DNA of 64,000 nucleotides from assembly GCA_965221905.1 (NCBI GenBank), contig OZ244922.1, forward strand, positions 800,001 through 864,000, given 5' to 3'. The stretch is from Chloroflexota bacterium (GTDB taxonomy: Bacteria > Chloroflexota > UBA11872 > VXOZ01). Positions 19,139 through 27,572 of this stretch are shown piece by piece. Below the pieces are notes generated by a model, which was given only the letters and a program-made list of their open reading frames with translations, ran no database searches and had not been told where the DNA came from. How positions within the stretch are numbered: the first letter of the stretch is position 1; each line of letters opens with the position of its first letter. The translations under genes were made by a program, and so were the position numbers.

Positions 19139-20624
19139 CGCTCCCCTCCTGCGGCAAGCGCACGGTAAAATTATTGCCTTCTCCCGGCGCGCTCTCGACC
19201 GATAGCGTGCCGCCGTGCTGCACTATCACGTCATGCGCGAAGGGCAGGCCCAAACCGTGGCCGCTGCCAGAGATGGAGGCACTATGGAAGCGCGTAAAGA
19301 TGTGCGGGAGATCGTCCGGCGCGATGCCCGCGCCGGTATCGGTCACCGCAATCGTCGCGGTATCGTCTGAGCAATGCAGCGTTACGGTTACGGTCCCGCC
19401 GTGCGGCGTATTCATGCATCCATTGTCTATGAGGGCGGCCAGCGCGTCGCGCAACCCACCGGGGTCGCCGTGAAGCCGCGGTGTGCACGGCAAGTGGCTC
19501 GAAATGTGCAGAGAATTCTCGTACTGTTCGCGTTTTTCCTCGCAGAGGCTATGAAGCAACGGTGCCAGCGACACCTCTTCACGCTTTAGATCGAGTCCTT
19601 CTTGCGCGCCCACGTAGAGCGGCAGATGGCGCACCCAGCGCTCGAGCGCTTCCGTCTGCGATTCAAGCCAAACGACGACGTCGTCGTAGGCTGCCATCCA
19701 CCCGCGCGGTTCGCTATGCAAGAATGTCCCCAGAGTGCGGCGCTGCTGTGGCGGCAGCTCAAGCGCACTCGGATCGCGGGGACGCAACTCACTGCGCAGA
19801 AAGTCGTTGAGGCTGTGCTGCTGCGCAACCAGTCGCCCCAGTTGCTGCTGGATGTAGCCGGCGCACTGGGCGCGGAATGCTGAGGCCTCGCCCGCAGCCG
19901 CCTCGGCGAGCACAACGCGATCGAGCAGGTTGTTGAGGCTTTGCACAAGCCACTGCGGTTCTTGGAGATGTCCCGGTGACACGAGGCGCTCATCCTCTTC
20001 GCCAAACGCCCGAATGCGCGCCGTAGCGCTCGCCACGTCTTCGATTGGTTTCGCGGTAATGTGCGCGATTAGTAGTCCCAGACCCACGGCGAGCAGCAGG
20101 CCGACACCGGCGCCAACTACGAGAACAAGACGCAGGTGCGCGAGAGTCTGCTCAACCGGAGCCAGCGGACGCGCCACTTGGAGCATGCCTTCTGATTGTG
20201 CCGGCAAGGGTACGGGAAGCGAGTAGATGCGGAACCGGGTGTTCGCGTGCTCAACGGTTTCATAGGCGAGTGCTTGCGGCCGCGCGCCGGTCGCGCCATA
20301 GGCGCTGTTGTCGAGCGGTCCGGTGCGTCTGCCGACTGATTGGGCGAGCACACGGCCGTCAGATGCTTTGAGTTGAAAGGCTGATCCCGTTGGCGCGACC
20401 GCTTCAAACGGTTCTGTGGATACCGGCAACGTGTTGCCTACAAGAGGGGAATCCGCAGACGTCAGAAAGTAGTCGCGCAACTGCTGGCCTTCTGCGGCCA
20501 GGCTCTGATCGAGTTGCGCGTGCAAACTGAATGCGAGCACGCCATACGTTGCCAGGCTCAAGGCGGAGAGAGCGACGGCAAGTACCGCTGTTGTCACTAC
20601 GGCAACGAAGAGCCGCGTGGACAT
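19128..20624 (-). CDS. Membrane HAMP-domain sensor kinase-like protein with degenerate H-box
   Basis: 2 TM, HAMP, and HATPase boxes N (LIDNG), G1 (DTGAGI), F (IFTRF), G2 (GHGLGL). No HE/DLxTP motif. Confidence 0.85.
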   Translation of the reverse strand: MSTRLFVAVVTTAVLAVALSALSLATYGVLAFSLHAQLDQSLAAEGQQLRDYFLTSADSPLVGNTLPVSTEPFEAVAPTGSAFQLKASDGRVLAQSVGRRTGPLDNSAYGATGARPQALAYETVEHANTRFRIYSLPVPLPAQSEGMLQVARPLAPVEQTLAHLRLVLVVGAGVGLLLAVGLGLLIAHITAKPIEDVASATARIRAFGEEDERLVSPGHLQEPQWLVQSLNNLLDRVVLAEAAAGEASAFRAQCAGYIQQQLGRLVAQQHSLNDFLRSELRPRDPSALELPPQQRRTLGTFLHSEPRGWMAAYDDVVVWLESQTEALERWVRHLPLYVGAQEGLDLKREEVSLAPLLHSLCEEKREQYENSLHISSHLPCTPRLHGDPGGLRDALAALIDNGCMNTPHGGTVTVTLHCSDDTATIAVTDTGAGIAPDDLPHIFTRFHSASISGSGHGLGLPFAHDVIVQHGGTLSVESAPGEGNNFTVRLPQEGSGGQ

Positions 20625-20845
20625 AACACGCCTTCCTCAACATTATTTCCTGAAGCAGCTCCTCGCGCCGCTTGAATTTAAACCTACCACAGTGATGTGC
20701 GCCTGATAAGTAGAATTATGCGAATCTTCTGCCGCAACGCGGCCCACGCGGAGGGCGAGCCGTCTCCGGTTGCCAAGTGTTGGCGTGCTAGAATGAGATA
20801 ATTGCAAATGCTGTCATCGCCATATGCGCCGGGACAAATATCTGT

Positions 20846-22813
20846 ATGTCTTCTGCCGATCCGCCGCTCGCGCCATCTTTTCACTTGGACAGCACAACCA
20901 TCGACGCCATCTACGGCCCAAACGGGCTGTTGGTGCGCGCCGGGTGGGAGCACCGCGCGGGGCAGCACGCCATGGCGTCTGCCATCAGCAGGGCCCTAGC
21001 GGAACGCCGTCACCTGGTGGTAGAGGCCGGCACCGGTGTGGGAAAGAGTCTCGCTTATCTCATCCCGGCGGTTTTGGCCCGGCGCGCCGACCCGGACTGC
21101 GGCCCGATCATCATCTCTACGGCAACCAAAGTGCTGCAAGACCAGCTCTTCTTCAAAGACGTGCCGGCTGTGCAGGAGCTCCTTGCTCCGTTTGGCATTA
21201 CGTTCGACGCCATCGTGGCCAAAGGGCTGGGGAACTACGCCTGCAAGCTCAAGCTGGATGAGGTTACCGGCAGTCTCATACCGCCGGAGGGACTGGCGGG
21301 GATGACGGCGTGGCTGGGGGAGACGACGACCGGCGACGTAGACGAGCTACGCTTTACGCTCTCAGCGGAACTCCGCGAACGCACTATCGCTACCGATACC
21401 GATTGCATCGGACGGCGCTGCCGCTACTTTCACGACAACTCATGCTGGTATTTCGCCATGCGCAAACAGTTGCAACGGGCGGACATTGTCATTTGCAACC
21501 ACGCGTTGCTCTGCCTCAGCACATTGGCCGAAATCCTGCCCCCACATGCGTTCCTCATTATCGATGAGGCGCACCAGCTTGAGAACTTCGCCTACGCGGC
21601 GTTCACGGATACGCTGACGCCGCGCAGCATCACGCGCCTCATTCCCGAAGAACCGGGCCTGGAGGGCCTGCGCGATGCGCTCCAGCGGGGCGTCGCAACG
21701 TACTGGGAGCAGTTCACGGCATTATTGCTGAATAAGGGTCGTGGCGACTGGGGAAGCCGGCAAGTTGCGGTGCCGGAACCCCTGGAATTCGCCGCAGAAC
21801 CGGTCACCAGCGTTCTCAATCGCTACTACCAACACCTCAAAGTGCGCTTGCCCCAGATGCCGAGTGAGGAGGAAGAGGCGAAGCTGCAGAAGCACATCGA
21901 GCAGGTGGATTCCGTGATCAACCGCGTGGATCGCTTCTGCGCACCGACGCAGCGGGGTTCGCTCCGCTATGTTGAGGAGGGGCGCAGCGGCATCCAGTTG
22001 CACTACACGCCTATCGACGTCTCAGAGCACCTTGCCCAGGTGGTCGAACGGACACAGGCAACTGTGTATACGTCGGCGACGCTGGCCGTGGGCGGCAGCA
22101 TGAAATTCTTCGCCTCGCGCGTGGGGGCCGGCAACTATCGGGAGGCTATGTGCGAAAGCCCTTTTATCTTCGAAGAGCAGGCGCTCATTTGGGCGCCGCG
22201 GCCGCGCGAACTATCCGAGCCTCCCTCGCGCTGGGAAGGGGAGGCAGCGCATGCCTATCTGGCGGCCCTGGTCGATCGGTTGGAACGCCTGGTGGTTGCC
22301 TCCCAGGGCAGGGCCTTCTTGCTCTTCACCAGCTATCGGGCGCTTGAACACTGCTACCGGGAGCTATCGCGGCGCGTCGGCGATCAGATGCTCTGCTTAC
22401 GCCAGGGGGAGATGCCGCGAAGGGAACTGCTGCGCGTGTTCCAGGAGGACGGCAACGCGGTGCTCTGCGCCACCAAGTCCTTTTGGCAAGGCGTGGACGT
22501 GCCGGGCGAGGCGCTCTCGGTCGTGGCCATCGACCGCCTGCCATTTTCCGCGCCATCCCCGCTTTCCCAAGCCCGATTGGATGCGGTAACCAATGCCGGC
22601 GGCAACTGGTTCCGCGACTTGATGCTGCCGGAAGCAGTCATCGATCTCAAGCAGGGCTTTGGCCGACTGATTCGGAGTCCGGAAGACAGCGGCGTGATGG
22701 TGCTGCTGGACGCGCGCATCCACTCAAAGTTCTACGGCAAGATGATCCTGAACTCACTGCCTCCGGCGCGGCGGGCTGGGGATTTTGCAGACGTTGAGCG
22801 GTTCTTTCGTTAA
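20846..22813 (+). CDS. DinG/YoaA-family Fe-S ATP-dependent DNA helicase
   Basis: Q motif RAGQ, EAGTGVGKS, four Fe-S Cys (NYAC...DC...RC...SC), DEAH, TSATL, FWQGVD, KQGFGRLIR. Confidence 0.93.
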   Translation: MSSADPPLAPSFHLDSTTIDAIYGPNGLLVRAGWEHRAGQHAMASAISRALAERRHLVVEAGTGVGKSLAYLIPAVLARRADPDCGPIIISTATKVLQDQLFFKDVPAVQELLAPFGITFDAIVAKGLGNYACKLKLDEVTGSLIPPEGLAGMTAWLGETTTGDVDELRFTLSAELRERTIATDTDCIGRRCRYFHDNSCWYFAMRKQLQRADIVICNHALLCLSTLAEILPPHAFLIIDEAHQLENFAYAAFTDTLTPRSITRLIPEEPGLEGLRDALQRGVATYWEQFTALLLNKGRGDWGSRQVAVPEPLEFAAEPVTSVLNRYYQHLKVRLPQMPSEEEEAKLQKHIEQVDSVINRVDRFCAPTQRGSLRYVEEGRSGIQLHYTPIDVSEHLAQVVERTQATVYTSATLAVGGSMKFFASRVGAGNYREAMCESPFIFEEQALIWAPRPRELSEPPSRWEGEAAHAYLAALVDRLERLVVASQGRAFLLFTSYRALEHCYRELSRRVGDQMLCLRQGEMPRRELLRVFQEDGNAVLCATKSFWQGVDVPGEALSVVAIDRLPFSAPSPLSQARLDAVTNAGGNWFRDLMLPEAVIDLKQGFGRLIRSPEDSGVMVLLDARIHSKFYGKMILNSLPPARRAGDFADVERFFR

Positions 22814-22966
22814 GGAAGAGCGTTTTCTACTCTCGATGCGTATTTGGCGCTTCTATCAATTGAACCTATCGTCTTAGTCCCAAGGCATATCGTTGCCCTT
22901 GGGCCTTTCCAAGGGCAAGTTTGACATCGACTTGCACTGTCACGTACCACGCCGTTCCCACCAATG

Positions 22967-23585
22967 CTTCGACAAGCTCAGCACGAACGGAAGAGAGGGT
23001 CACGGGCAGTTCGGCTCAGCACGAATGGTAAGGGAAACGCACGTCAGTTATCCTCTCCCGTTCGCCCTGAGCTGAGTCGAAGGGTGTGCGGGAGTGGGGG
23101 TAGGATAGTGGTTGTTGAGCACGTCGGACTCCGTTCATACTTCGACAAGCTCAGCACGAACGGAAGAGAGGGTCACGGGCAGTTCGGCTCAGCACGAACG
23201 GGAGAGAGAGTCATGGGAAGTTCGGCTCAGCACGAATGGTAAGGGAAACGCACGTCAGTTATCCTCTCCCGTTCGCCCTGAGCTGAGTCGAAGGGTGTGC
23301 GGGAGTGGGGGTAGGATAGTGGTTGTTGAGCACGTCGGACTCCGTTCATACTTCGACAAGCTCAGCACGAACGGAAGAGAGGGTCACGGGCAGTTCGGCT
23401 CAGCACGAACGGAAGAGAGAGTCATGGGAAGTTCGGCTCAGCACGAATGGTAAGGGAAACGCACGTCAGCTATCCTCTCCCGTTCGCCCTGAGCCGCGTC
23501 GAAGGGTGAAGGGACGTAGAGGCGGCCCGGCTGATCGTAAGTAGGATTCACCCCGTTCGTGCTGAGCCAGTCGAAGCATGAACGG
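22967..23585. repeat. Tandem amplification of a type C REP-derived unit (copies start at 22967, 23140, 23351)
   Basis: Near-identical units with periods of 173 and 211 bp. The longer unit has an extra 38-bp GTTCGGCTCAGCACGAA-containing sub-repeat. Confidence 0.9.
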
Positions 23586-23605
23586 AGTATTCGACCCCCG
23601 GACGG

Positions 23606-24982
23606 CTATTGCAGTTCCGGCAGCGGCGGCATGTGGCGTTGCGCCCAGACAGCGATGTCTTGCGTGAGCAGTCGCTCGACGTTGAGTTCCACCTTGCGGT
23701 CGGCGAGGAGTTGACTGAACGCCCGTAGCTGCAGTTGGGACAAGGCGTTGGGTTCTATCGGGACGTCGTCGGCTTTTTCCAGGACTTCGATGATATGGAA
23801 TCCAAACGGCGTCTGAATTGGATCGCTGGTTTGTCCGGCTGCCAGCTCGAAGGCTACCAGCTCGAAGGTGGGGGTCATAACGCCCTTGGGGAACCAGCCC
23901 AGGTCGCCACCGTTTTCTTTCGCGCTGGGATCCAATGACATTTCCGCCGCAAGCTCGGCAAAGTCCTCGCCGGCCTCCAGGCGTTCCTTGGCGAGTGCGG
24001 CATCTTCTTCAGTCGTAAGTAGTATGTGGCGGGCATGGACCTGTGACTGGCTGGCGGGCACGGCGGCAATGGCGTCCTGTTCCAAGCGCTGCCGCCACCA
24101 GGCGTCTTGCACCCGCTCAGCGAAGGTCTCACGCGACATACCGGTACCGGCAAGATAGGCTTCCACGCGGGCGTCCATGGCAGGCGCTGGCGTGGGTACA
24201 ATCGGGGTGGACGTAACCGGCGCGGCGGCAGGCGACGGGGTTACGGGAAGCGCCGTCGCCGTGGCTGCGGCTGACTGGCTGCTCAAGAGCTCTGCCCGCA
24301 TTAGCATCTGATCGGACTGCCGTATCTCATCATCGGCGGTCACCGGAATGATCTCAGGCGCAGGAGGAGAGATGAACGAGAGAATGCTGTTGCGCAACTG
24401 CGCTTCGCTAAGTGCGCCGAGGTAGGCTGCGGTGGCTTCCTCCCGCTCGGCTTCCGAATAGGTATAGCCGCGCACAGCGGCTTCTTGGCGTACGATAATG
24501 GCCTCGACCATCTGCTCCAACGTGTAGCTGGGCAGGAATTGCAGTTGCTGTTCTTGTTGTGCCAGCAGCCGGCTGGTCGCGTTGCTCAAGGTGGCGGGGT
24601 CTTCTGCCGCTTCGCTGACGAGTTTAGGGAGAATCTGCTGCACCTGACGCGTGTAGTAGACGCGGTGGGCGAGTTCTGTGCCCAACGCCGTGGCATACGT
24701 GCTGGCGGAGATGTTGGTCGTCCCTACCCGTGCCACGGTAGCGCGTGCTTGGAGCACATACTCATTCAGGTACGCATAGAGCAGAATGAGGGCGATGAGA
24801 GCGGCAACGAAGCTGGCGCCGGTTATTACCGCTCGTCGCTTTATCGTGTCCTTTTCGCGCCGCGAAAGGTGGGTGCCCCAGCCAAAGATCAACGCCTGCC
24901 CCTCTTCCGCCGGATGCTCCAGAGGACGGGCGATTATGCGTTGGGCGCGTCGGTTTGACTGACCGGACTTTCTGCGTGGCAT
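23606..24982 (-). CDS. Parvulin-type peptidyl-prolyl isomerase / PrsA-SurA-like membrane foldase
   Basis: N-terminal TM, helical SurA-like region, 'HARHILL...SLDPSAKENGGDLGWF...FELVAF...TPFGFHII'. Confidence 0.9.
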   Translation of the reverse strand: MPRRKSGQSNRRAQRIIARPLEHPAEEGQALIFGWGTHLSRREKDTIKRRAVITGASFVAALIALILLYAYLNEYVLQARATVARVGTTNISASTYATALGTELAHRVYYTRQVQQILPKLVSEAAEDPATLSNATSRLLAQQEQQLQFLPSYTLEQMVEAIIVRQEAAVRGYTYSEAEREEATAAYLGALSEAQLRNSILSFISPPAPEIIPVTADDEIRQSDQMLMRAELLSSQSAAATATALPVTPSPAAAPVTSTPIVPTPAPAMDARVEAYLAGTGMSRETFAERVQDAWWRQRLEQDAIAAVPASQSQVHARHILLTTEEDAALAKERLEAGEDFAELAAEMSLDPSAKENGGDLGWFPKGVMTPTFELVAFELAAGQTSDPIQTPFGFHIIEVLEKADDVPIEPNALSQLQLRAFSQLLADRKVELNVERLLTQDIAVWAQRHMPPLPELQ

Positions 24983-25270
24983 GGGAAGACCTTGAAGTAT
25001 GAGGCGTCAGGAGGCAACAGGGTGGCAAGCAATCGCTCAGTCGCCGTTGTCGCGCACCGCTATCCCTGCTTCCGAAGGGCGGGCTTGGCGCGAGCGCCGG
25101 CGCCGATGTGAAAGCAGTTTGCCCGGTAACGCACTACGCTGCAACTCGCATCAGCGCGTTTGGCAAGGAGCAGACGCCCTGGCTGGTGAAGAAGAGCGCT
25201 TAAACCTTGACAAGCACTGCGGCGCGCTGCCTTTAGCAACCGTTAGCGGGCCACGGCAATGGCGGGCTGC

Positions 25271-25675
25271 TTACCGGGTGCGCGTGTGTTCCGGCGTGTA
25301 CGGCAACAGCGCCACTGTGCGCGCTCGTTTGATGGCAACCCCGAGTCGGCGCTGGTGCTTCGCGCACGTACCGCTTTGGCGGTGCCCGATGATCTTCTCG
25401 CGATCGTCCAAGTAATTCCACAAGATGTCAACGTTCTTGTAGTCAATCACCTTAATGCCATTGCCGCAAAAGTAGCACGACCGGCGACGCCGCGGACCCC
25501 GACCGCCCGGCCCTCGCCGGCGCGGCGGGCCGCCGAAACGACCGCCGCCGCCACCACCGCTGCCACCGAAACGACCTCCGCCTCCGCCACCTCCGCCGCC
25601 TCCGCCACCACCGCCGCCGCCACCGAACCGTCCCGGCGGCCTGCCTCGTGAACCACGATCATCTCGATCAATCAT
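25271..25675 (-). CDS. rpsR: 30S ribosomal protein S18 (Zn-binding form) with Gly/Arg-rich N-terminal extension
   Basis: 'CYFC...IDYKNVDIL...GTCAKHQRRLGVAIKRARTVALLPY'. Lies in the rpsF-ssb-rpsR operon. Confidence 0.97.
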   Translation of the reverse strand: MIDRDDRGSRGRPPGRFGGGGGGGGGGGGGGGGGRFGGSGGGGGGRFGGPPRRRGPGGRGPRRRRSCYFCGNGIKVIDYKNVDILWNYLDDREKIIGHRQSGTCAKHQRRLGVAIKRARTVALLPYTPEHTRTR

Positions 25676-25733
25676 CAGTTATCCTCTATTTGCAGTGTAT
25701 CAGTCAGAATTCATGGGAAATCGTGGGGAAATA

Positions 25734-26156
25734 TTAGAAAGGAAGGTCATCAGGGTCGATCTGCTCTTCCTGTTCGGCAGGAGCCCCGGCTTCCGCCATG
25801 GCCTCGCCGGACGTGCCTTGATCCCGCCGCGAGCCGAGCATCTGCATCTCGAACGCGGTGACGGCTAAGGTAGAGCGCTCCTGTCCGTCCTGTCCGGTCC
25901 AGCGGTCGAGCTTTATGCGTCCTTCGATGTATACCTGTTGACCTTTGGTAAGGTAGTTGGCACAGATTTCGGCAAGCTTATTCCAGGCGGAGATGCGAAA
26001 CCACTCGGTTTCATCTTGCTGCTGGCCGTCGCGGGTGTTATAGCGTCGGCTCACCGCTATCGAAAAGTCGCAAACAGGCGTGCCGCTTGCGGTATAGCGC
26101 AACTCAGGGTCGCGGCCCAAGTGTCCGATGAGCATGACTTTATTCAGGCCAGCCAT
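25734..26156 (-). CDS. ssb: Single-stranded DNA-binding protein
   Basis: 'LNKVMLIGHLGRDPELRYT', 'ETEWF', C-terminal DDLPF. Confidence 0.98.
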   Translation of the reverse strand: MAGLNKVMLIGHLGRDPELRYTASGTPVCDFSIAVSRRYNTRDGQQQDETEWFRISAWNKLAEICANYLTKGQQVYIEGRIKLDRWTGQDGQERSTLAVTAFEMQMLGSRRDQGTSGEAMAEAGAPAEQEEQIDPDDLPF

Positions 26157-26158
26157 GG

Positions 26159-26518
26159 TTATGCTTCCTCGCTTTCGGTTGCAGCGGCGGCTGCGGGTTC
26201 CGGTTGCCGGTCCGGCGTGAGGGGCGGCAGGCCCTCAGCACGCACGGTGAGGTAGCGGATTATTGGCTCCGTGATTAGGAAAAGGCTTTCGAGATCCCGT
26301 ACAAGCGCCGGGGCATCGGCGTTGAAGTGCCAAAGCACGTAGTAGCCGTCGGTGAGGTGCTTGATGGGGTAAGCGAGGCGTCGTCGCCCCCACGTCTGTC
26401 GCGCGACGATTTCGCCGTTGTGTTCAGTGATCGTGGAGACGATGCGACCGGTGAGAGTCGCGAGGGTATCGGTGTCGATCTCCGGATGGAAGATGACGAC
26501 AAGCTCGTACGGACGCAT
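26159..26518 (-). CDS. rpsF: 30S ribosomal protein S6
   Basis: 'MRPYELVVIFHP...WGRRRLAYPIK...GYY...IIRYL'. Confidence 0.97.
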   Translation of the reverse strand: MRPYELVVIFHPEIDTDTLATLTGRIVSTITEHNGEIVARQTWGRRRLAYPIKHLTDGYYVLWHFNADAPALVRDLESLFLITEPIIRYLTVRAEGLPPLTPDRQPEPAAAAATESEEA

Positions 26519-26527
26519 GCAGAGTTT

Positions 26528-26610
26528 TCCTTCCTCTGGGTTTGCCTTCGGTCGGGTGCATCGGCTGGGTGAACTTTAGGCCCAGCCTGCACGTGCCGGA
26601 AGCAGAAAGG
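26528..26610 (-). promoter_or_regulatory. Candidate S6:S18-binding rpsF leader RNA
   Basis: Minus strand folds into nested stems (UGCUUCCGG/CCGAAGGCA, UGCA/UGCA, GGCUGGG/CCCAGCC), then an unpaired CCC. The 5' CCUUUCU can pair with the SD region AGAGGAAGG. Confidence 0.55.
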
Positions 26611-26619
26611 TTATTATCG

Positions 26620-26707
26620 TGGTGCCGAGGACCGGAGTCGAACCGGCACGAGCGTTTAAGCTCCTGGGAGTTTAAGTCCCATGCGTCTTCCATTTCGCCA
26701 CCTCGGC
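26620..26707 (-). tRNA. tRNA-Leu (anticodon TAA), CCA encoded
   Basis: GCCGAGG acceptor stem, anticodon arm TGGGA-CTTAAAC-TCCCA, long variable arm, GGTTCGACTCC T arm, ends CCTCGGCACCA; 88 nt. Confidence 0.97.
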
Positions 26708-26786
26708 TTGATGGACGCACTCTTTACTGCGGGCTAAGACGCCTCACTCCCAACCAGGGGACGCAGGTCCTTGACTATCTTTCCAC

Positions 26787-26816
26787 ATTATATGTTGCTC
26801 TGTATGCGCCCTGCAA
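26787..26816 (-). promoter_or_regulatory. Sigma70 promoter for tRNA-Leu and probably the rpsF operon
   Basis: Minus strand TTGCAG-18 nt-TATAAT. Confidence 0.6.
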
Positions 26817-26886
26817 CCAGGGCACGTGTTTTTATGGCGAGTCGGTCACCTGGTTGCAAAGGTTAAGTGCTGCACTCTGTCATTCC

Positions 26887-27140
26887 TGTAAGTGTCAGGT
26901 AATTCGTTGACAGAGTTTCAATAAAGAGAAGATAAACGACGCGTCGTGCATGCCTTGTACACATGTCATTCCGAACGGAGCGCAGCGCAGAGTCGCTAGG
27001 AGCGCGGAATCTAGAGTGCTGAGCCTATTGGACTTGTTGCAACATGGACTCCAGATTCCTCTCTTCGCTCGGAATGACATAATCGGTCAACACTGCCTGG
27101 TGGAAAGCGAATTCTGTCAACGAATTACTCAACACTTACA
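26887..27140. mobile_element. 254-bp MITE with 31-bp imperfect terminal IRs (TGT...ACA) and 5-bp target duplication ATTCC
   Basis: Left TGTAAGTGTCAGGTAATTCGTTGACAGAGTT vs reverse-complemented right TGTAAGTGTTGAGTAATTCGTTGACAGAATT. ATTCC at 26882-26886 and 27141-27145. Contains a type F REP pair at 26964-27079. Confidence 0.85.
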
Positions 27141-27572
27141 ATTCCGATCAAAGCGATGAATCTAGGGTTGCCAAGCGAATAGCGCAACGCCTGATCAGGG
27201 AACTTCTAGCCGCCGTAGACTGTTTGCAACGAAAGGTGAAAGGCGCTGTGGCGCTTGTACTGCCCGCGTTCATGCTTGCTTGTGAGGCAGGCGCATTCAA
27301 GAGTGCCATGCGGGGTAGAAGCGAGATGGTGAAGGCTCTCTTGGGGCTAGCTCTTCGTGGGAGTGATGGAAAGCGGGAGCGCGCTAAAGCCGCGCCATCC
27401 AGAGGGGGGGGCAAGCCCCCGCGCTACGAACATTATCGCTCTTCAGTTCACTGCGACGGTGGCAGCCACTGCGATAAACACAGTAAAGCAGATTCTAGGT
27501 TGTGCGCCCTAGATTCCTCGCTTCGCTCGCAATGACAAGAAACGTCAACTAATCCTAAACGACCGAACCGCG

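Noticed and set aside
22967-23585. CRISPR array (GGCTCAGCACGAA recurring about every 38 bp)
   Set aside because: The intervening sequences are themselves repeated rather than unique spacers, the motif belongs to a dispersed REP family, and no cas genes are present.
26620-26707. Group I intron in tRNA-Leu(UAA), or an integrated island at the tRNA
   Set aside because: The anticodon loop is uninterrupted, the 3' end is followed directly by the rpsF leader, and no integrase or duplicated tRNA 3' end was seen.
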